Below, piece after piece: positions 41,562-50,022 of a DNA stretch of 50,022 nt. Source of the stretch: Chrysochromulina tobinii (lineage: Eukaryota); the NCBI GenBank assembly GCA_001275005.1, contig JWZX01003351.1:1-50022 (forward strand), given 5' to 3'. The translations under genes and the position numbers were made by a program. The first letter of the stretch is position 1; each line of letters starts with the position of its first letter. Under the pieces are notes generated by a model that was given only the letters and a program-made list of their open reading frames with translations, was not told the origin of the DNA and did no database searches.

Positions 41562-44500
41562 TTAAGCGCTAGACTGCGTGCCCCGATTAGGAGAGGGACG
41601 CGGCGTGCTCGAGGCCTTCTCCAGAAAGAGGATATTCACAGCCTTCTGGAAGTCGCCATCCGCGGCGGCGGCGGCGGCAACGACCTTCTCGCGATCGAAT
41701 CCCATATCGATAAGGGCGCGCTCGGTCTTTGTCAAGGCCGCGCCCTTTCCAGCCTTCGCGAAGGCCCCAGCAGCCACTTCTAGCGCCGCCTCAGCCGAGC
41801 CAGCCACCATGCGCGACCGTCGATCCTCTCTGAGGCCCATTCCTGTGACGAGCTCGTTGACAGCGCCACGAAGCCACGTGTTCTCCGACCCTGACAGCTC
41901 CCCACCCGGGGAAGGAGCGGCGGCCGCTGCTGGCGCTGGCACAGGTGCACGTGCAGGTATGCCTGCAGGCGCGCGGACGGGCGCAGGCACGGCACTGCGC
42001 AGTGCAGAGGCTGGTGCCGCCTTGGCAGCCGCCGCCGTTGCCTCCACAACCGCTGCCGCCTTCTCGAGCACTTTGGCACGAAGGGCACCGTCGAGCGATG
42101 CAAGTCCGAGCAGCTCATCGTACCGGGCCTTGGCGCCCAGGATGTCGTTCGCCTTGAGAGCCATGTTGCCAGCGGAGAAGAGGCAGATGGCAGATTGCTT
42201 CGCAAACTCGCCGTCTCGAGGACACATGCGATAGGCCTCGTCAAAGGCGTCACGCGCTCCGGCAAAGTCGGCCATCTCGTTCAGGGCGTGCCCTTCCTTA
42301 GACTTGGCCGCCGCCGCATTGGCCTTGGCTGCCGGTACCTTCTCGGCCACCGCCTGCTGCTGCGGTGGCGGAGTGCTCGCCTTCGGTATGCCTACCGTTG
42401 GCGGAGTGCTCGCCTTCGGTATGCCTACCGTTGGCGGAGTGCTCGCCTCCATCGGTATGCCTACCTGCGCACGCGCACGTGCGATGGCACCTGCGGCCGC
42501 GGCCGTCCTTGCCGGTGCAGATGCTCCCGTCTGGAGCTGTGGAAGGCTCTGCTGCACGGCGGCACTCTTCGTCACGAAGGAGGGGTTCGTCACGAAGGAG
42601 GGTGCTCTTGCCAGCGATAAGGGCGCTCTTGGGCGCGAAGCCGTCGGTGGATCAGCCAACGCAGCATTCTGTTGCGATCGCACGTTCTGGACCTCTACCT
42701 CGACCGTGCAATGGCTGCACCATGTACGCCACGCGCGTCTCAAGAACTTTTGGTAGATCCAACGTCGCACCACGCTGTGCTTGCTGAGGAGCTGTTCCAT
42801 CTGCGTATCATAGAGCTGCCTGAGGAGGGTGGATCGCTTCCAGCCGCGCAGGCCTCGCATCAGCTTGCCACTCGCTGGAGCTCCTGAAATTAAGGAAGTT
42901 GAGACCGTGCCGCAGCCCAGCCTTACGGCCGAGTAATCTTGCCAAACCGACCAGCTCGAGATTCGTAGACACGAAGTCGACCCAGCCATCCATCGCACGC
43001 CGCTGCTCATTGTGGCGCCACCGCACAAGAGCAAGCGCCAGCATGTCTCTCATTTGGAAGCGCTCCCGGATGGACGCACGCCAACTGTCCAGCGCGCTCG
43101 CCTTGCGGTCGTTATGCAGCCGGATGACGGCGCGACGTAGGTCTCCGAGCGTCTCGGTACGCAGCTCATACCACTGGCGCCAGCGGATCCAGCCGCGAAG
43201 CATCGAGCGCTGAAGCCATCGAGTGACGATGCCACGCAAGCGAGTGGCTTGGTGCAGGCAGGCCTGCCAGCTCCGTAGCGCACGGGCGAGGCCACGCTTG
43301 AGCAGCGCCTTTGCCGCGTACGACAGCCGGTCAGTCGCCTCTTTGCGTTCGGCCAGCATGGCCATCCACCGCCGCCAGCTGCGAGCGAGCTGGTTGTTCT
43401 GCATGAACCCGATGGCTTGGCGGATGGGGTTCAGGTTACGCGTGAGCAGGAGCCACGTCTGCCACGCACGTGCCAACTTGCTATTCTTCATACGCGAGAT
43501 CGCACGCTGGAGGGCGACGAGCCGGGCGGCCCACTCCCCATGCCACGTGTTCCACGCGTGCGCAACCTGGCGATGACCCCACCGCCCCCCAAAGCGCTCC
43601 GTGGTGGCGAGAAAAGCCGCTCGCCTCTCGTGCCATTCAGACCACGACCGCCACGCACACAGCAGGTCCCGATCCATCAAGGCGCTCAGCGCGTGTGTGA
43701 GCGTCGCCGCAGCCCGGCACGCGCTCTGCCATGCTCGGACGGCGCCCACCATGTCGCGTCGAGTGAAGATCACCACAGCCGCACGCAGCTTGTGCAACGC
43801 AGTGAACTCGGCCTCTACTTGCCGTGCCCAGTGCCTCAAGGCGCTGACCTTCTCGAGTTGGGTGAGCCTTGCAATCGAGGTGCGCATCCTCGCTTGCGCA
43901 TCGGTAACGCTAGCCCACGTACTCAACGCCCGGGCCATGCCCCCTCTTAGCAGCCGCTGTGCTGCCCGGAACAACACGTGCTCGGCATAGGCTGCGGCCG
44001 TACAAGCCCTGTACCCAGCCATTCCAAGCAAGCGAGAGATCACGTTGCATGAGGGAGCGTAGGATGCGGCACAGCAAGACGCTCTTGAGCTCTTGAGCTC
44101 GGCTGATGGCCACCACGCGCTGCCACTGCTGCCACGCACGACATCGGCTCAACTGCTCTTTCTGGCGCAGCAGCTCAATGGCAAAGGCCGCCTTGGTCGC
44201 AGCCTGCTGCCAACTCTGCCAGCTACGGAGGGCGCGAGCCTTGTGCCACAGCAGCAGATGCCGCACGGCGCCATCGAGCGACTCGAGTGCGCTTGTAATT
44301 CCGAGGCACATAGAGCACCATCGTCTCCATGCTCGCGAGACCTTAAAGCTCATCCATCGAAGAAGCACGCGATCGAGTGAGTCGAGTGCGCTTGTGATTT
44401 CAACGGACGCAGAGCACCATCGCTTCCACGAGCGAGAGAGCTGAAAGTTCATGAACCGACGAAGCACCACAGAGAGTGTGAGCAGAGCGGCGCCCTGCGC

Positions 44501-47500
44501 CGCCGACTTGTCAAGCCACGTCTGCCACGCACGCGACAGGTGCACGCTTCGCATATGGGCGAACGCACGAGCAAGCACCGCGTGGGCATCATCGACGTAC
44601 GCCGTGTGTTTGTGCCATGTCTGCCACCCGCGAGCCAGGCCACGATTCCGAATGTGGCGCACGACACGGCTGAGCTGACTCGCCGTCCCTGCCTTCCTTG
44701 CAGCCGCTGTCATGCTCGCCCTCACGCCCTCGCGCCATCGGCGAAAGGCGAGCGCCGACTTGTCGCGGACCAGCTTCATCACAACCAAGAGGATTCTCAC
44801 CAAAGCATCGGCTCGAGCCGAGTGATGCGCGAGCCACTGCCTATAGCACATCACCAGCTCGCGGCGCGTGAGCGTCTCCATCGCCCGCCGCGCCTTCTCC
44901 AGGACCACCAGCCTCGCATGCGCAAGGAGCACCCACGATTGCCAAGCCCGCAATTGCTGGCCGCGCATGATGCGCAAACAAGCGTTTCTGAGCACCCCGA
45001 TTGCGTCGCTCCTCTGGGTGGCCACTGAGCGCCAAGTACGGTATGCACGGCCGAGCCCGCCGCAGGTCCACATTAGGACGGCTCGCTCTTCAATGCTCCT
45101 GGCGGCTTCTTCCGCCGCCTCGCACCACCTGCTAAAGGCAAGTACTGCCCTGCTGTTCGTCAGCTTCATCACCGCCACGCGCATACGCCACAGCGCGCCC
45201 GCTCGGCGCTTGTGCCATTCAGACCAGCCGCCGAAGGCAAGCGCCGCCTCGCGGTGCACGATGACCCCAACAGCCCGACTCAGTTTGCGCAGGGCCTCGA
45301 GCCTCGCTTGCGCCATATCAATCCATGAGAGCCACGCACGCAGCTGCTCGGTGCGCACCATGCGCGCGCATGCATTTCCAAGCGCCCAGCTGGCGTAGCT
45401 GCTCTTTGTCGCCGCTGAGTGCCAAATGCGATACGCCCACCCGAGGACGTGATGCTGACCGTGCTGCTGGAGCATGAAGAGCACCGCGTTGCTGATCACC
45501 GACGCTGCGGTCGCGCGATGCACCCAGAGGTTGAAAGCACCAACGAGCTCGCGACTCATCAGATAGACCAGACCGCGGCGCACCTTCTGGAGCTTCTCGT
45601 TGCCTTCCGCAGCTGTCGAACGCCAGGCGCGCAGCGCTCGAGCAACCGGTGACTGGAAGAGGTTGGCAACCAAACGACGACGCTGACGCCCGACCGCCGC
45701 CATGACTTGCTGCCAATGCCGGAAGCCTTTCTTAAGATTGCGTTGCTGCAGTAGATACAGCGTCATGGACATAATCTCGCGAGTGTGTGCCGACTTGGAC
45801 GAGTCCGAGCTCCAGCTGGTCCACGCGCGGCTCATGCTGCGGTGCATCAGACGATGCATCACGCCGATTAGACGCCCTGTCAGCTCTGCCTGGCGCAGGC
45901 CAAGCACCGCCGCCTCGCACCACCTGCTAAAGGCAAGCGCTGCCTTGCTGCCCGTCAGCTTCATCACCGCCACGCGCATACGCCATAGCGCGCCCGTTCG
46001 GCGCTTGTGCCACTCAGACCACGAGCGCCATGCGTATGAGACTTGCAAGCACATCATGCTGCTCAGCGCGTGTGCGAGCGTCGCCGCAGCCCGGCACGCG
46101 CTCTGCCATGCTCGGACGGCGCCCACCATGTCGCGTCGAGTGAACATCGCCACAGCCGCACGCAGCATACGAGCCGTCTCGGCAGTTCTGGAGGCATGGC
46201 ATACCCACGCCAAGAATGCACGCACCTGCTCCGTATGCAAGTAACGCACGATACATGCACGGAGTGAGCTGCGAGCGGCGTCCCAATCCCGGACCACTTC
46301 GGACCACCGGGACAGCGCCAAGGCAGCCGCTAGGTTTATGAATCGGAGGGCCGCCGATCGAAGCAGCAACTTCTGCTGGGCAAGACTGTTCCACATGTCC
46401 AGTGCCCGGTGTATACGCCAGTGCACAAGGCGGCCAGCGATGCGACGCAGCATCGCCACACGAAAGTGACCCTGGAAGTCAAAGCGCCATCGCGCAAACG
46501 CGAGGGCGAGCTGCCGTCGCAGAACATAGGCGAGCCCCCGCATGCGACGCATATTCTCGTTGAGAGCGATGGAGCGCACCTCGAGCAGGCTATGCCAAGC
46601 GCGCGCGAGGCCGTCACCTCGAAGGAAGGCTGCGGCGTGGCGCAAGCTCGTTGTTGCGGCCGCGCGCTGGTGGCAGTAGTGGACCATGGTGTGGAATGCG
46701 CGGCTGGATGCGCGGCTGGTAGCCGAGGCGAAGAGCGCGTGGAACGCGCGTTCCGTGCGAGTGAGCCTCATCTTGCGCAGCATCTCTTCCGTGGCCTCGT
46801 CAGCCATGGTGCGGAAGGCGCGCAGAAGCTCCGTGCATCGCAGATAGACGCACGCGCGCTTCCACATGGTCATGCGCTCTCTCCAGACTGCCAAGGCACG
46901 CACCGTCGAGACGGCACCCCAGCGACGCGCCACTTGGGCCACTGATGCGAGAGAGTGCACGCGCTTGCTCGAGTACGCTGCCCAGCACCTCCAGCTCATG
47001 GCCAGCTGTTGCTGGAAGAGGGTTTGGAGGGTGCGCCGCATTTGCTGCAGCGCGATCGTCTGCGCTTGAACCGTCCGCGTCCACTGCTCCCAGCTCGGCG
47101 CCAGGTGGCGTTGAAGGAAGCTCTGAAGGGCACGCCGCATGTGCTGCAGAGCACTCGTCTGCGCCTGAACCGTTTGCTTCCACTGCTCCCAGCCATCCGA
47201 GAGACGGCTCTCGATGAGGCGGATGAGGCAGCGGCGCATGGCTTCCCGATTGGTGCTCAGCGCACCAGCCTGCTCCGTCCACGTAGACCAGCCAGCCGCG
47301 AGGCGAATGTTCATCAGGTGCGAGAAGAAACGCCGAAGGCGCGCATGGCGCTGCCTGCTCACCATGACTCCGTGCGCCCATGCGTCCCAACCGTCGGCGA
47401 GGCGACTGTTAAGGAGCCGCGTGAGGCAGCGCGTCATGGCGGCACGCTCGGCCCTCTGGATGGCAGCCGCCTCCGCCCACGCGTCCCAGCTGCGCGCGAG

Positions 47501-49552
47501 TCGGCTGCTCAGGAAACGTGCCAGGCTGCGCCGCATCCCCTCGAGACTTGCGATGCTGGCAGCGGCGGCCTCGGCCCACGAAACCCATCCACGAGCAAGT
47601 AAACTGCTCGTGAGGTGGGCGAGGCAGCGCTCCATGCCCGCTTTCTGTGTGCGGCTCTCTGAGGCCGCCTCCGCCCATGCATCAAAAGCATGCGCCTGAT
47701 GGCGGTGCATCAGAGAGCCCACGCAGCGACGCATCGAGACCAAGGTCTCCCTCTGCTTCTCGGAAGCTGCACGCCACCCACGCCAAGCACGCGTCCTCTC
47801 CGCAAGCACCATCGTCTGCCACGCGCGCCGCATCGCCCTCTGATCGTACGCAACCTCCCTCCAGCGACGCAGCCCGTGCGCGCGCTGTTGATGGAGGAGG
47901 CAATCGAGAGCGCGGGCGGCTCTCCGGCGCGCTCTCGTGAGCGCCCGGCTCTTAGTCATCCACTTCACATACCCGCGTGACAGCTCGCAGAGGACAAGGC
48001 GCGCGAGGCAGCGGCGCATCGCAGCGCGCCACCTCTTCCCCTCCACAGCCGCGTCGGCCCACGGCGCCCAGCACGACGCGAGCCCACGGTGCATCAGGTG
48101 CCGCACGCACCGCTGCATCGCGTCCCGGCGCGCCGTGCAAGCGCCCACAAAGTCTCGCCACGAGTACCATGCTCGCACGGTCTCAGCTCGGTGCAATCGA
48201 GCGAGCCCCCGGCGTAGCGCGAGGGCTGCGCGGTGCGCGCGCCGCCATGCATGCAACCTCGCGGCGAGGTGCCGATGCATCAAGCGGAGGATCGTCGACA
48301 ACACGAGATGGCGTGAGTGCGAGCCCTTGAGTGCGACGAGACACCAAGTCCGAAAGGCTGTCATGCCATGCCGCCATCGCCACGCGCGTGCCGTGCGCTC
48401 GAGCGACTCGAGGCACCTCGCCTGCTCCGCACTTGTGTACGCCCATTGGGCAAAGCCGCGAGCGAGTGCTTGGTGGTGCAACCTCGCGAAGGCAGCACGC
48501 GCGAGCGAGAGCGTGCACGCGATGGCGCTGCGCTCGCTCGCACACTCGCGCCAAGTGCTCCACGAAAGCGCGAGCAGATCGCCTCTCAGGTACTGCGCAC
48601 CCTTGCGCAGCAGCCGCCGCTGCTCGCGCTGCTGCTGCACGTTCTCCATCCATGTGCACCACGCGCGGCCTGCTTCGAGGTGGCTCCGACGGCTCATCGC
48701 GCGCAGGAGGCTCATCCCTGCGAGCGCGTGCCTCCGGAGGCGATCCCAACTCTCGCGCGCCGTTTGCGACCACGCACGCCGAAAGGCGAGCTTTGCGAGG
48801 GTATGCCGCCGGATGACGTTTGCAGATGTCACCCGGAGCAGCTCGCGCTGCACCACCGCCTCACGCGCCGCGCGCGCATGCAAGTAGCCAAGGAGCTTCT
48901 CCGTAAGGCCAAGCACGCCTGCACAGCGCCTGTGGAAGCCTTTCACTTTGTTGCGCAGCAAGATGACCGCCTGGCGGGGCAACGATGCGGCGTCCGCCGT
49001 GGCCTCGCACTCGTCGCGAAGGCCGGTGATGGCCTCGCTCAGCTCCCCAAAATAGTCGGGTGGCAGCCGTAACGCGATAGAAGTGACCCGGTTTCGCACC
49101 AGGGCTTCCTGCAGAATCGTGGCCGCATCTGAGGCTGTCGAGGGCTTGGTGCTCAAGGCGTCCTGCTTGCCCTCCGTGGTCAGGTCTAGCTCGCGTCGCA
49201 CAGGCTCCTTGCGTGGGCGTGACGGCGAGCGCTTCGGACTGTTGGGCCCTTTCCACGCTTCTCGCCCTCCCAGCGAGCCTCTCAAGGAGGAAAGAGCGGT
49301 TTCTACGGCGTTGTGCGAAGCGAGTTGAAGCTTGGTGACGTCGTTGGGTGATCGGAGCAGCATACTTGCCACCGAACGTTTCGACGATTTACTCGGTGGC
49401 GGCTTGAGCTTGCTCGCCTGGAGTCCCGTTCCTGCCAACTGGTGGTCCAGCTCCTGGTCTCGCCGCGATAACTCAGCAATCTCGCGCTCGAGCGCTTGGA
49501 GTCGGCTGGCTGCCAGCTGCGAGCCTTGCATGTCGGGAAAGTCCACGATCAT
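41562..49552 (-). CDS. Giant Sfi1-like Trp-repeat (putative centrin-binding) protein, ~2,650 aa, with C-terminal TPR-like and UBA domains; +1 break at 44007-44009 and a 43-nt intron candidate at 42884-42926
   Basis: Dozens of ~33-aa units such as MRRCLxRLxxxxLARxWxxW. C-terminus has KEGHALNEMADFAGARDAFDEAY (TPR-like) and ALIDMGFDREKVVAA...DFQKAVNIL (UBA). Confidence 0.8.
42367..42465 (-). repeat. 33-nt tandem repeat, three copies (GIPKASTPPTV), in the Sfi1-like tail
   Basis: ggcggagtgctcgccttcggtatgcctaccgtt repeated. Confidence 0.9.
43684..46166 (-). repeat. Recent internal segmental duplications in the Sfi1-like gene: 43684-43789 with 46061-46166, and 45112-45226 with 45907-46021
   Basis: Near-identical nucleotide blocks of 106 and 115 nt, encoding FTRRDMVGAVRAWQSACRAAATL and WSEWHKRR.GALWRMRVAVMKLT. 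Confidence 0.9.
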
Positions 49553-50022
49553 GGAGCCGCGCTCAAGGCCGCGCAGCAGCGTGCTCCGAGCGTCGGGACG
49601 GCCTCACCCGGGCGTAAGGAAACACCGTTACGCGAGACTTGGCCCAGCGCCCACCACGGCGTTTCGAAACAGCTACATGTAAGTTTACTACATGTAACTA
49701 CGGATCCTGTCTACAGTCTTCTGTCGCGAAGAACTCTGAAGCAGCGTACGAGAGCGTGACCTTCCTTTCAGTGTTCAGGGCTGGGCCCCGATCTCTCTTG
49801 GTCATCGAGGAAACATGACGATCTTGGTCATCGATCTTGGTCATGACGACTACGACACTTAAGACTTATCACTATCTGACTTAACGACACGCTTTACCTT
49901 TAGGCCTTTACGTCAATTTGGCGCTTGGGGCGTACATAAGCGTACATAGGTTCATTCAAAAATCAACATCCAAGCGCTCCGGGCCGCGCGCCCGCGCCCG
50001 CCGGCGGCCCGGCCGGCGGGCC

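Noticed and set aside
44091..44100. Apparent 8-nt duplication gctcttga as the cause of the Sfi1-like frameshift
   Set aside because: The frame keeps repeat-like sequence through it (ISRAQELKSVLL...LAWNGW); the switch is at 44007-44009.
1..50022. Many long overlapping and antisense ORFs in the ORF track
   Set aside because: These are shadow ORFs expected in high-GC coding DNA; they are Arg/Ala/Pro-rich and carry no motifs.
49560..50022. Telomere or transposon end at the window edge
   Set aside because: No TTAGGG-type repeats, TIR partner or transposase; only short local repeats such as cttggtcat three times.

Overview
GC-rich, gene-dense eukaryotic nuclear DNA with about 22 protein genes, short intergenic spacers and a few short GT-AG introns. 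The source is most likely a haptophyte alga, possibly Chrysochromulina-like. That is inferred from a chlorophyll a/c-type light-harvesting protein, a delta-carbonic anhydrase with a multi-pass membrane N-terminus, bipartite leaders and GTRCGC donors. Recognisable genes: OS-9-like lectin fused to a YccV domain, HDEL-tailed PEBP, cytochrome-b5 desaturase inside a three-part ORF, a SET-GT25-GT77-GNAT-GT25 multi-enzyme, delta-CA, SMYD-like SET, EF-hand protein, TSNAXIP1-like coiled coil, CXXC zinc finger, NFACT-R, mitochondrial carrier, LHC, PHO4/PiT, NAR1/FNT, septin, kinesin, GT31-like protein, DUF952, DnaJ and a ~2,650-aa Sfi1-like protein ending in UBA. No tRNA, rRNA, CRISPR array or transposase was found. 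Best leads: (i) introns with signs of mobile or duplication origin (10-nt periodic CTRAT arrays, a target-site-like duplication, two introns in unrelated genes at an identical 11-nt exonic site); (ii) an in-frame three-protein ORF with internal targeting-like leaders and a ubiquitin-like RLRGG junction; (iii) unusual domain fusions; (iv) several +1 frame breaks, most likely assembly errors. All family calls are from motifs read by eye; no database searches were run.
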